Shown piece after piece: positions 37,691 to 50,520 of a DNA stretch of 61,761 bases. A program made the position numbers and the translations under genes. The stretch is taken from the NCBI RefSeq assembly GCF_001194135.2, contig NC_068981.1, positions 53,672,929-53,734,689 on the forward strand, read 5' to 3'. The number at the start of each line of letters is the position of its first letter. Positions within the stretch are counted from its first letter, which is position 1. The notes under the pieces were generated by a model. It worked only from the letters and a program-made list of their open reading frames with translations, was not told the DNA's origin and searched no databases. This DNA is from Octopus bimaculoides. Its lineage: Eukaryota.

Positions 37691-38570
37691 ATGACATCAT
37701 CAGCATAGAGGAGCTCCAGGGGAAGCCTGTCTTGAATTCCTCTGTTATTGCCTGGAGGACTATAATGAATAAGAGGGGGCTGAGGACTGATCCTTGGTGA
37801 ACCCCTACTTCTACTCTGAATTTTTCACTATACTAGTTGCCAACCCTCACCTTACTGACAGCATCCCTGTACACCTTTTACCAACCACTCATCTATCCCC
37901 AGTTTCCTCATTGACAAGTCAACAAAGGCCAAATACAGAGGTTTATCTTTGGCTAGGTATTTCTCCTGCAGCTGTCTTACCAGAAATATAGCATCAGTGG
38001 TGCTTTCCCTGGAACAAACCCAAACTGCATCTCATCTAAGCTGATTCTCTCCCTAATTTGTTGGGCTATGACCCTCTCTGTAACTCTCATCACCTGATCC
38101 AATAATTTGATACTCCTATAGTTATTTCTATCTAAAGCATCACCTTTACCCTTGTAGCAGTTGACTATGGTGCTGCTACATCAGTCATTGGGTATGACTC
38201 CTTCATGAACTACCTGATTTATGATGCAAGTGACAAGACCATAACCCATACCACCCGATATTTTGAGCATCTCAGCGGTGATTCCTGATGGGCCAGGTGC
38301 TTTATCTACCAGGGAATTGTCAATTCTGGTAGTTGGTCCCTCAGTTGGGTCAACCTTTGGCAGACTCTCCTCTTCCCACTCATTCTCCACATTCAGAAGT
38401 CTTTCATAATGGCATTTCCAAGCCTCTTTCTTTGCAGAATCATTAAACACAAGGGCACCATCATCCATGCAAACACATTTCTCACCTATGACATCACGGT
38501 TTTCTCTCACACACTGTCTTGCAATCCAAAATACTTTAGTTCTTTGGTCCTCATGTCGCTGAACATTGGC
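37690..38570 (-). mobile_element. RTE LINE RT fragment
   Basis: RENRDVIGEKCV..KEAWKCHYERLLNVENEW, KAPGPSGITAEMLK, GFVPGKSTTDA-like, QGSVLSP-like. Confidence 0.9.
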
Positions 38571-38609
38571 TATTATTTGAATGGTTGTTTCCAGTCAAAT
38601 TAAATATTT

Positions 38610-38820
38610 CTTATGAGTTATGCTGGTGTGTCACATTAAAAGCACTGGTACCACATAAAAAGCACCTAATATACACTGTAAAGTGGTTGGCATTAGGAAG
38701 GGCATCCAGCCATAAAAACCATGCCAGAACTCTGGTGCAGCCTCTGGCCTTACCAACTCCAGTCAAACTGTCCAACCCATGCCAGCATAGAAAATTGACA
38801 TTAAATGATGATGATGAGCA
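38610..38820 (+). mobile_element. RTE 3' tail
   Basis: attaggaagggcatccagcc..ccaacccatgccagcat..aatgatgatgatga. Confidence 0.8.
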
Positions 38821-39359
38821 TCTTAAACAAGTTTCTCAAAGACTCAGCATTACTCTATTGTAAACACTACTAGAATCATTGCAATAAAGCAACAACTAAA
38901 AGCTACTACAACAGCAATAATAACTGTGTGGCAGGAAAAACACCAAATTCACATTTTTGGTTTCAGTTCAGTTATAGTAGTTGTTAGTTTATTAGTTGAA
39001 AATGTACTTATTCACCTCACAGAGATTAATTTACTAATGTCACTTATTAGGAAGTCAAATACCAAATAATAATGATAGTAATAATTATGTTGATGATTCC
39101 TAAGATAATCACAAGGCCACAGATTTTGTGGGAGGGGTGCAGTTGATCTCGGGTTTTGAACTCTGAATGTAAAGGTGTCATAACTAAAAGCTGCAAGGCA
39201 TTTTGTACTACACTCTTCTTCTTCTTCTCCTCCTCCTCCTCCTCATCATCACCATCATCATCATCATCATTATTATTATTACTATCATCATCATAAATAA
39301 TAATATTAATAATGAGTTATTAAATTCAGTAGCATAGAGTTGAGAAGCTAACTAGCAAA

Positions 39360-39843
39360 TTTCCGTACATCAAAAAGATAGTGTTTCTAAGAGGTGCACA
39401 CATTCTTAGGGGAGAGGAAGGGGGGGAACCATTAAATAAGAATGATAACTATAAAACTACTTTACCTTAGTTACAAAAGGACATTTGTATTAGAGTACAT
39501 GTGCCCTAGTAATAATGATGATGATGATAACAACTAAGACAACAATGGGGAAGCAAGTGGCAGGGGATGACAGCAGCAGCATGATGACTTTTTAATTTGT
39601 CATCATTATATATCAAAAAGGATGCTGCAAAGGAAAAAATAATGCTAATATCAAATTAGAATATTAGCACTGAATAGTTTTATTGGTGTTGCCATCCGGT
39701 TTCACCAGTCCTCAGTCAAATCGTCCAACCCATGCTAGCATGGAAAGCGGACGTTAAACGATGATGATGATGATTTAATGGTTCCCCTTCCCCACAAAAG
39801 TTTTTGCACATCTTGGAAACACCATCTTTTTGATGTACGGAAA
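39360..39843. mobile_element. MITE-like unit with about 70-bp inverted ends (39360-39437 / 39773-39843), interrupted by an RTE tail (39680-39775)
   Basis: tttccgtacatcaaaaagatagtgtttc..aaccattaaat is the reverse complement of atttaatggtt..gaaacaccatctttttgatgtacggaaa. Confidence 0.75.
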
Positions 39844-39896
39844 CTGTTGTTATGTATAAAATCTAATTCATACTTTGAAAGATATTTATTTAAAAG

Positions 39897-40326
39897 GTGA
39901 CGAGGTTGTGGAATCGTTAGCACACTGGGCAAAATGCTTAGCAGCATTTCAGTTGTCTTTATGTTCTCGGTTCAAATTCTGCCACAGTCAGCTTTACTTT
40001 TCATCCTTTCAGGGTCTATAAAATAAGTACCGGTTGAATACTGGTGTTGATGTAATCAACTTATCCACTTTCCTAAATTTGTCTTGTGTTGAAATTTGAA
40101 ACCAATATTAAATTAGAATGGTTGTTAACGTTAATAATAGTAATAATAATGGTTTCAAATATTGGTTCAAGGCCAACAAGTTTGAGGTAGGGGTTAAATC
40201 ATTTGCATCGACCCCAGTGCTCAATAGGTACTTATTTTATTGACCTCAAAAGGATGAAAGGCATAGTTGACCTCAGTGGAATTTGAACTCAGAAAGTAAA
40301 GATAGAAAAAATGCTGCTAAGCATTT
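39897..40326. mobile_element. two SINE family A copies tail-to-tail (about 39897-40105 plus, 40150-40326 minus) around (AAT)n
   Basis: both match the family A consensus in opposite orientation. Confidence 0.8.
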
Positions 40327-41649
40327 AATAATAATACAATATGAATAACAATCATACCTGTAAAAATAGCCGTTACTGTTTTAAAATTGTACTTATAATA
40401 ATTGTAAACCATTAATAATGTTAACAACAGCAATGTTCAACCAGTGGCTGGACTGACTAACATTATAACAAGACTAACCAATACTTAATTGCAAATTACA
40501 ACTTTGTACATAAGGATTTTAGTTCCTTGCTGGCTGTCTACTTAATCTTGTTTGCTTAGTATATATATGTTTGCTATACACACATCAAGTAATAGCATTT
40601 ATAGTCAGTTACCCATTGAACATTGAATCTGTTATTTTTGAGTTGCATGAACTCATCAGAAATGGTGACTTCAAAACATTGAAAGTAGAAAATATCCTTA
40701 TTAAAAGATCTCCTAATCTTCACTAGTGGTTATGAAAGTAGAAAGGCCTTCTTCCCTTAAACTCATATTCTAGAGTCTATAGCACTGCATAGTCAATCTG
40801 GCAATGTGTGTGTGTGTGTGTGTGTGTGTAACTCTTATATGATTATATATCACAGAATTGCTCAGGTTGCACGAAGTAACCACTAGTTTAGTCTTAAAGC
40901 ACACCTATCTTAAAGAAGGACTCGTTGGGCAATGCAGCCTGAGAGACAAAGATGAGATAGTCATGGTTGGAATGCCTTTGGTCATAAGTCTGCTTGACCA
41001 TTACTGACTTTGGGCCCTAACAACAACTTGATACTTATAGGATACAACTTATTGTAAGCCACTGACTAGTTCTTCAGCTAAAGTAGAACAGATATTTAGT
41101 CATGCAGAAAGTTATAAAGTGGGTGGGGCAGTAGTTAGGGCCATAAGAAATGAATGGAAGAAAGGAGGTAGGAGAGAACAATATATAAAAGTTAGATGGG
41201 TAGAAAGTAGGTTTATTTGAGGAGTATAATATATTCAGAATTGCAAGTCAGTGTATCAAACCATGGGAAATTGATGTATATTCTTTTCAAAAAGCATAAT
41301 AGTAATAAAAATAATGATTTCTTTTGTCTTCATTACAAAACCCTTTCGTTTCTTTTTTCAAAGAACAGCTACAGTTGTTTGAATGAATTCCTGTATATTA
41401 CCAGTATTTATGTTAATGAGCTCTGTAGAGCTAATGTTAAGCTCCTTGTGAGTTTCATTTCTCAACAGAAGCCATTTCAGTTGAGAAACGAAAATATAAA
41501 CATAATATCTCTTTTTTGTCAGCCCTAAAAGACAGATTCTTGAGTTTAGTAAAACCATTTTACTGATTCCAAGTGAACAAAGAAACAATGTGCAAAGCCA
41601 AGCGAAGAATCGCATGGCACCAACTTCAATAGTATAAAGCATCTGATGA

Positions 41650-42020
41650 TATATCTTTTGTTTTTTACTTGTTTCAATCATTAGACTGTGGCCATGCTGG
41701 AGCACTGCCTTAAAGAATTGTTATTCGAATGAATCAACCCCAGTACTTGGTTTTTACTTATGCTATCAGTCTCTTTTGCCAAACCGCTAAGTTATGAGGA
41801 TGTAAAGGCACCAACATTGGCTGTCAAGTGATGCTGGGGACAAACAAATACAAAGACACACACACACATGCATATACATAAACAACAGGTTTCTTTCAGT
41901 TTCCGTCTATCAAGTCAACACACAAGGCTTTGGTCAACCCAAGGCTGTAGTAAAAAAACACTTGCCCAAGGTGCCATGCAGTGGGACTGAATCTGGAATC
42001 ATGTGGTTGGGAAGCAACTG
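41650..42020 (-). mobile_element. SINE family B near full length
   Basis: same modular structure as 8860-9235. Confidence 0.8.
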
Positions 42021-42116
42021 AAATTTACTCTAACTCCCCCGACTTTTTGTTAGTTAATTAGGCAAACAGTTTGTTCTTTTAGACAGACAAGCAATTTTTG
42101 GCAGAAAGAAGTTTAA

Positions 42117-42667
42117 CCCTTTACATTCAGATTATTCTGTCAAATATGAAGACCCCCCCCCCCTTGTGTCATGAATGACTATGGAATTGCACCTAGAAAG
42201 TTACCCTCTGAAGCACAAGGTTGTTTAAAGAAGACTAGCAGTCGCCTATGCATACCAGCCTCTCCTCTCCATGACACTGGTGTCATCCAAGGGGAAGGTG
42301 AAGGCCAATACAGCTTGACACCAGTAACATTACAACTCATTTCTACAACTGAGTGAACTAGAGCAATGTGAAATAAAGTGTCTTGTGCAAGAACACAACA
42401 CACAACCAGGTCTGGGAATTAAGCTTACTACCTCATGATGGTGAGCCTGATGCTCTAACCTCTGAGCCATGCACCAAATATAATGCCTATTCATTCACAT
42501 TGTTTTGAATTAATATGCATTGTCTTGTAGCTTCAAGATTTCAATGATGTGAGCGTATATTTTTACAATGACATTGAAGGATAGATGTGAGAAACCAATG
42601 TGGGTGGTTTGGACATAATTCAGATAGCATATTTAGGCTGGATATGGCCAGTTTAAAATGCTAAAGA
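42117..42667 (+). mobile_element. piggyBac-type MITE with TTAA flanks, interrupted by a SINE
   Basis: TTAA|CCCTTTTACATT ... AATGCTAAAGA|TTAA; MITE body resumes at 42475. Confidence 0.85.
42148..42474 (-). mobile_element. tRNA-derived SINE family C with 7-bp TSD CAAATAT
   Basis: head gtgcatggctcagaggttagagc (A box) and gcttaattccc (B-box-like); CAAATAT at 42141-42147 and 42475-42481. Confidence 0.85.
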
Positions 42668-43333
42668 TTAAATCAATTTTTATCATAGCTAATTCTATAT
42701 TGAAACGCTTTTAGTTTAAATCTGATTGGATTTAAATCTAAAGAATTTCACCCATTTAAGTCAAATAATTGACTTTACTCAATATATTACTGGAATAGGA
42801 TTTGTGCCTTGTAAAATGAAATATCATGAGTTAATATTACCACCACAGAAATCATAAAGTTTAGGAAATATGTGGCTGGTTGTAGTTTAGCTCCACATGA
42901 GTTCTGATTGAGCATATCTATGATCTGGAAAATTATGAAGTCTAACTTAACACATAAACACATGAGAGGAATAATATCCTTTCCTTTATTAATTATATAA
43001 ACAGCATAGCAAGAAAGTAAACTAGCAAGACAGAATTATATATAAAAGAACAAAACCTTCTCAGATAAAGTTTGGCCACATATTGTCTGGCTGATAATGT
43101 CAGTTTTTACTCAAATCTTCGATACAACTTTTAAAATCCTGGCTAATCACCACAAACTGGTAATTTGGGTGAGCTGAATGCCAACTCTATGTTGGCATTA
43201 TTATATCTCTGCTGATATTGATCATAGATTCTCTATAATTTTGTGTCATAAACTATTGTCATTTTCGAAACTTGCAGCTAGAAGTAACTGTAAAATAGTG
43301 TGAAGATACTCGTCTTGTGTGTGTGTGTGTGTG

Positions 43334-43367
<34 letters not shown>

Positions 43368-44034
43368 GTGTTGTAGAAGACAAATAAAAAAACTGTTGTT
43401 ATGTATAAGATCCAGTTCATTCTTTGATATGCATCTATTTATTTTACATCTGCTTTCCTAGCTGGCATGGGTTGGACAGATTGTCATGATGCAACTTAGT
43501 TTTTGTTCAGAATTATTGTTCCCCTTGATAGGTCAAAGAACCATGTCTTGCTTATAGGTACCATTTTCAGCTTGGTTTCTATAGCTTGAGGCTCTTCTTA
43601 ACACTAATCATTTTACAGAATATACCAAATGAATTTTATCAAGGCACCAATACTGGAGAGGTTGTCAAGTCCTGAGGAAGACTAAAGGCTTCTCTCAGCT
43701 CTACACCATCTCTCTCTTCATTTACCAACTGCTTTGCAGAGTGTATTGGGCGCATTTAATCATAATACCAGCAGTAGAGATGCTGTGTTGTATCCGTCAA
43801 GACTAAAGAGTTCTCATTTTCCTACAATGTGTCTTTTGCTCAAGATAACATGACCAAGCATGGTGAATAGAAGAGAGAAAGAGAGTGAAAAAGGCAATAG
43901 TACAAGAGAAACTGTGGAATGAGAAGATGCTAGAGAAAAGAGTAATGAAAGAGACAACACTGGAGGGAACAATGGAAGAGATAATAAATAGCAAGATAAG
44001 GAAGTAATAATAATAATCCTTTCTACTAAAGCCA

Positions 44035-44916
44035 CAAAGCCTCAAATTTTGGGGGAGGGGACTAGTTGATTACATCGACCCCAGTGTTTCACTAGTACTT
44101 AATTTATCGACCCCAGTGGAATTTGAACTCAGGAAGTAAAGAAATGCCACTAAGCATTTCACCTGGCATACTAATGATTCTGCCAGTTTGCCACCTTTTA
44201 ATAATAATAATAATAATCCTTTCAGCTATAGGCCTGAAATTTTGGGGGAGAGGACTAGTTGATTAATTACATCAACCCCAGTGTTTCACTGGTACTTAAT
44301 TTATCGATCCCAAAAGTCAACCTCAGCGGAATTTGAACTCAGAACGTAATGACAGGCAAAATACTACTAAGCATTTTCATCCAGTGTGCTAACGATTTTG
44401 CCAGCTTGCCACCTTAATTATAATAATAATAATAATTATAATAATAATAATAATAATCCTTTCTGATTTAGGCACAAGGCCTGAAATTTGTGGGAGGAGG
44501 ATAGTTGATTACATCGATCCCAGTACTCAACTGGTACTTATTTTAACAGCCCTTAAAGGATGAAAGGCAAAGTCAACCCCGACAGAATTTAAACTCAGAA
44601 CGTGAAGATGGACAAAATGCCGCCAAGCATTTTGCCTGGTGTGCTAACAAGTTTGCCAGCTCGCCACCTTAATAATGATGATAATAATAATAATAATAAT
44701 AATCCTTTCTACTGGAAGTACAAGGCCTCAACTTTGGGGGAAGGGATTAAGTCGATTACATTGACCCCAGTGAGTAACTGGTACTTATTTAATCAACCCT
44801 GAAAGGATAAAAGGCAAAGTCAACCTCAGCGGAATTTGAACTCAGAACCTAGCGGCAGACGAAATATTGCTAAGCATTTCACCCAGCATGCTAACAATTC
44901 TGCCAGCTTGCTGCCT
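44035..44916 (-). mobile_element. four head-to-tail SINE family A copies separated by (AAT)n
   Basis: copies at about 44035-44200, 44216-44415, 44457-44670, 44703-44916, each from aatcctttc to gccagc.tgc..cctt. Confidence 0.9.
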
Positions 44917-46516
44917 TAATAATAATAATAATAATAATGATGATAATGATGGTGTGTGTGAGAGAAAGAGAGAGAGAGAGAGATGAATGTTGGGAGGGAG
45001 TGGTGGCTAATAGTACAGAGAGGGATTGTTTGCTAGTAAGAGAGTGTGTCAGTGATAGGCATGTAGATGGACAATGGATATCAATAACAAGTGAGGTGGG
45101 AAGGGAGAGAGTGGGGGCTGGTGGAAGTGTATTGATTATGAACAGACTTAATGCAATTTCTCATTAACTGAGCATTGTGATAGTAGAGAGAGAGAGTGTG
45201 TGTGTGGGGAGAGAGATAGGAATGGTGGGAAAAGGTGTTTGAATATGGACAGATTGAAAGCTATCCTTCATTACATGGGCAGCACGGTACAGTGAATAAG
45301 AGAAGGGTTGTGTGGAGAGGTAAATGATAAAGTTAATGAGAAGTTACTGATGAGACGAGGGGAGCAGATGGAGACTCAACAGAAATGTAATGAGCAAATA
45401 ACACAAATGAGTATATATTATACATCTCATCACTACAAACATTTTAGCATTGATTTTGTTTATTTATTTGCATTATTTGGAAGGTTTACAGTGCAGCCAT
45501 TTTCCATCTGTGTCAAATTTTCATCATCTTGTTTATGGTATGGAATATTTTCAGATCTAACCCTAATCATTTCATACTAAGTTCTACTAATAGAATGTTT
45601 TGGCTTCTAAATTAGAATCTATGTACGCATTGTTACTGAGGCCCTGTTGTACCATTCTTTGTTTGAACTGAAATTATGATTCTAAACTCACAAAGAGAAC
45701 AAATGCTTACTTATTCTCACAGATCACTGGGAAGAATTTTCTGATATAAGGCTGGAAATAAGCCCAGGTGGATGTATTTAAGCATTCAGTTGAACTTGAC
45801 AAAGAACCTGACAGTTTATTAGGAACACAGGGACATAAATATTTATTGGGGATTTGAGTTACATGCAACACTTTTCTTTAATATTCCAGTTTCTACATTA
45901 ATAAATACCTTCTTGAATTCTCTTTCTCTAACTTACACCTCATCTCAAATATACTGCAACCAAGTACAGCAAATTCTTCAGTTACATTTATTTCTTCATT
46001 CTGTTTCTTTAAGGTGTTTATTCAAATTCTTGTTCTTGCATCAGATGACCACATATAAATAATAAAGATAAAACTGCATATCAAACGCACAGTCAGAAAG
46101 TACTTATATTACAGTGCAACCCACATTTGAGTACTATCCATATAAGTAGAGTGGTTCAACTACTGTACACAAAGATTTTTAATTTCACTCAAATAGCTCT
46201 CTGATTGATTAACAAGTTCCTAATTACTCAATATAATGCGACTACTGACTTACTGACATGCCATTTCTCCATTTCTGTCTTTTCTACCATTATGACAAAG
46301 GTCTCTGCTCTTCAGAATTAGCAAGCTATGTACCACTTTTGTTTCAGCCCAAACTTGATACTCATCTCTTATCACATCATCCCTACTATGTTTTACCTGC
46401 TAGTCTCATTCAAAATATTTCACTTAATTCTTTCTTTCCCAGAATTTCAACACTCTGGTACACTTTCTCAAGTTATACTTTTCCTACAGGCATCAGCCTA
46501 TGGTATCTTAATTTAA

Positions 46517-46714
46517 CCCTTTAGCATTCAGATGATCCTGTCAAATTTAGTCACTTATTTATTCACTTTGTTTTGAATTAATCATACATTATCCCATATC
46601 TTTGAGAGTTCGTTGATGTGAATGTTTATTTTTTAGAATGATATTGTAGGGTAGGATGGAGAGGCCAGATCTGATAAGTTTGAACCCAGCTTTGACCAGT
46701 TTAAATACTAAACG
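46517..46714 (+). mobile_element. piggyBac-type MITE
   Basis: TTAA|CCCTTTAGCATTCAGAT start; right end degenerate. Confidence 0.8.
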
Positions 46715-46882
46715 ACATCAATTTCAGCAAACATGAAAAAACTGAAAAGAACAATGGGATCTGTTATTCTTCTTCAGTTAAAACTAGTGAGTTTAGAATT
46801 ATAGTTTCAGTTCAAATGAATAAGTCATTGACAATGTACACGTGTAAAAGTCCAAACAGAATATGAAAAGAACATCCTTTAA

Positions 46883-47096
46883 CTCTTTAGCATTTAAACT
46901 ACCATATCAGGCCCAAACATTCTGTTTTCTATTCAAAGTGGCTAAATCTGACCTCTCGCATGTACCCTACAATGTCATTCTAAAAAATAAACAATCACTC
47001 TATTTAAATCTTGAAGCTATGAGATAATGCATGATTAATTCAAAGTAACGTGAATAAATAAGCAGTATATTTGACAGTAATCTGAATGTTAAAGGC
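46883..47096 (-). mobile_element. piggyBac-type MITE, inverted relative to the copy at 46517
   Basis: TTAA|CTCTTTAGCATTT ... AATGTTAAAGGC|TTAA. Confidence 0.82.
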
Positions 47097-47479
47097 TTAA
47101 AAGGAAAAAAAAATGTATTTCAAGTAATCAACTAATTTTCCCCTGGTATTTTGATTAAAGTTCAAATTGAAATTTCAAATTTCTCCACTGCTCTGTTATT
47201 CTCTTTCATTAGTTGGAAGTTGGATGTATATTGCTTCCAAGAAGAATTATTTTAACTTATAGTATAGGGATATCATCAATATTGATATTTTTACAATTTA
47301 TATTCTAGGTAAATGAAATTATATAACACATTATAGGAATGGCTGTGTGGTAATGAAATTCAGTTTTTAACCACATGATGTATGTATATTTGTGTATGTA
47401 TGTGTGTGTATGTGCATGTATGTGTGCATGCACATGTGTGTGTGTGTGTAACATGTGCATATGCAAATGCTTATTCCTG

Positions 47480-47710
47480 TAATATTTTGTTTATGCAATG
47501 CAGCAAGCAAGCAGAATCATTACTGCTCCGGAAAAAAAATGTTTATTCTTCCAACTTTGGTTTCTGTGTTCAAATGCTCCCAGGGTCAACTTTGCCTTTC
47601 ATCCTTCCAGGATTGATAAAATATGTACCAGCTGAACACTGGGGTCAATGTAAATGAACTTACTCCTTCCCTTGAAACTGCTGGCCTTATGCCAAAATTT
47701 GAAACCAATA
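47480..47710 (+). mobile_element. SINE family A
   Basis: gcaagcaagcagaatcatta..gttcaaatgctcc..gtcaactttgcctttcatcc. Confidence 0.65.
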
Positions 47711-48669
47711 TTTTGTTTGTGTCTTCTGTAAACAGTACATCTTATATCTTGGCAATATAATGTGTATAAATGAATGGAATTAAAATACCTTACTTGTGAA
47801 ACAAGTAATGTTGGTGATAAGAAACATATCCAGCTGTACTCCCTCAATATGTCTCACTCAGCCCAGTCCAGTGTGTGACTCAAAAACAACAATGATGAGA
47901 ATGATAATGATAATTATATATGAGTAACAATAGGAACTGCTGTGGGTCATGCCTTGCCATTTAGCTGACTACCTGCATGCCATAGGTCTGCAGAGAGTTT
48001 GCTAGATGTTGCATAACAACAGCAACTTTTGTATATCAATCATTGCTTCATCATCATTTTTAACATGCACTTTGCCATGCTTGCATGAATCAAACGAAGT
48101 TTATTGAGGCAGATTTTCTACTAACTTCTCTTGTTTCCAAGCAAGGTAACAAATGTATGCATGTATGTGAATGTATGTATGTAGGTAGGTAGGTAGATAG
48201 ATTGTTAGATAGGCAGGCAGGTAGGCTTGCTTGGATGTTTGGGTACAGATGTAGCTGTGTGGTTAAGAAATTTGCTTTCCAACCATATGGTATTAGATTC
48301 AGTCCCACTATGTAGCACCATGGGCAAGTGTCTAGCTATTAGCTATTTGCCTTTTTTTTCCCTCCTGATGAAGGAAGCTGATCTTATGGTAATGTCTCTA
48401 TGTGACCATCTACTGGTTGCATGTCCATGACTTTTTGCACATTCTGTCTGCTAATTATGAACATTTTGAATATTACATAATTCTGAGCTCCCAGAAACAA
48501 CTATCAAGTTAAAAAAAAAAGCTATGGATCCTCCCCTTGGTTTTCTGTATTTTTTTTTATGTTTGTCAGTAAATATAAGTATCCACATGCTAGTTCATAT
48601 GTATTTATCTTCGGAATATATTCAGTTTTGTATCTGTATCCCTATATACATCTATATGTATGTATGACG

Positions 48670-48910
48670 TGCTTGAAAAGAAGACCCATCAAGCCAAGTG
48701 AAATCATAGTCGTGGAAGATATTGGTGTCATGGTAACTGACACCCATGCCGGTGGCACATAAGAACACCCATTACACTCTCAAGGGAATCCAGCTGTAGA
48801 AACCATGCCAAATCAGACTAGAGTCTGGTGCAGCCCCTCAGCTTACCAGCCCTGGTCAGACTGTCCAACCTATGCCAGCATGGACAATGGGTGTTAATGA
48901 TAATGATGAT
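48670..48910 (+). mobile_element. RTE 3' UTR/tail
   Basis: gaagacccatcaagccaagtgaaatcatagtcgtggaagatattgg shared with 21890; tail aatgataatgatgat. Confidence 0.8.
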
Positions 48911-49764
48911 GTATATTTATACGTATCAAGCCTAATTGTGTTTATCTGCATCACAGTTTTTCTGCTTGTCTCCCTCTCTGAAAAAAAAAGCATTAAATCA
49001 TTTGCCTATTGAATATTTACTTTCAAGTGTTATATATATTTCTGTTGTGCTTGTACTTAGATCCTCCTTACATGTCATTAAAGTTAGAAAAGGATGTAAA
49101 ATGAAGTTGAAGGGAAATTTTCATAAAAAATGCCTTTTAAATATATCAGTTTTATATGTAACGGTTTTGCCATGTGGGCAGCATTAATAATCCTCATTGA
49201 CTAAATTTTTGCAGAGGACTTGCTTTGAGCATACAACTTGCTGCTATGGCTAATACACAAGGGAGTGGATTTTCGACAATTGCTTTATTTCACAAACAGC
49301 AAATGTGTTTGCATATTGGAGTGGAAAAAAAAATCAGTGTGTAAATGCAGTTCGCTATTCAGTTACAGACTTTATTACCATTCATAGTTATATTCATAAC
49401 GCTTTGATCATTCTTGCATGCACATAAACATAACATGTGTATAACGTCTGGCACATCCAACAACTAAATGATATGATTTTAAAAAAAGTAAAAAACATTG
49501 GGATGAATATAGCTTGATATTGTGTGTATGTGTGCACGTGTACGTGTATGTGTGCATTTTTTTTTTTTAATATAAACTGACAATACTACAGGAGTTACTT
49601 AATAGTTTAGCTTTTCAGACCAAAGCATTTATCAAAATTTGGTAAGTACAAGGGCACAAAGATATATAACTTCTGCAGCATTATATATATATATACACCA
49701 TTTTATGTATTTTATGTATTGAATCCTCTGTTTGTAAACTAAATGTACGAGTTATATAAAATAT

Positions 49765-50020
49765 ATACACGGTTACCCAACCAGAGAGAAAGAGTGAGGA
49801 GACAAAGAAAAGGAGAGGAACTTAACAAGACAGGGGGCTGAAACGTGTGCTGCTGTAAAGGAGATACATGGTTACCTGGCTGGAGAGAAGGAGAGAGAGA
49901 GAGAGAGAGAGAGCAAAAATGAGGGCAGAAACAGATGTGCTGCTGTAGAGGAGATACATGGTTACCCAGCCAGAGGGAAGAGCAAGAGAGAGTGAGAGAC
50001 AGCAAGAGTTGGAGAGAGTT
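49765..50020. repeat. degenerate tandem of about 85-95 bp units built on gtgctgctgta.aggagatacatggttacc plus GA tracts (about 2.5 copies)
   Basis: ggttacc core at about 49770, 49870, 49960. Confidence 0.7.
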
Positions 50021-50334
50021 GGCAACAAAGTGCCAGGGTATACTTACAAGGAACAGGGATCAGAGTACAGATGGGATGAGAATTATTCGGTCTTAGGAGA
50101 CACATGACATGTGATCTTCTAGCGCATGACCAATCCACCTACTGGCCTCCTGTATATATACTCGTATATATCTTTATATAAACATATATATATATATATA
50201 GATATATATAGATAGATAGATAGATAGATAGATGTACACAGAAAATAGAGAGCAGTGTAGGATCAGGGACATATTAATTCAAAGAAGCTTGAGTTGGTAT
50301 GGATGATTATGTTTGATATATATACTCTTATATT

Positions 50335-50520
50335 CTTTTACTTGTTTCAGTCATTTGACTGTGGCCATGTTGGAGCATGGCCTTTAGTCGAGCAAATCGA
50401 CCCCAGGACTTATTCTTTATAAGCCTAGTACTTATTCTATCGGTCTCTTTTGCTGAACTGCTAAATTACAGGGATGTAATCACACCAGCATCGGTTGTCA
50501 AGCGATGTTGGGAGGACAAA
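50335..50520 (-). mobile_element. 3' half of SINE family B, abutting a truncated mariner TIR
   Basis: cttgtttcagtcatttgactgtggccatgttggagc..ggaggacaaa. Confidence 0.75.
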
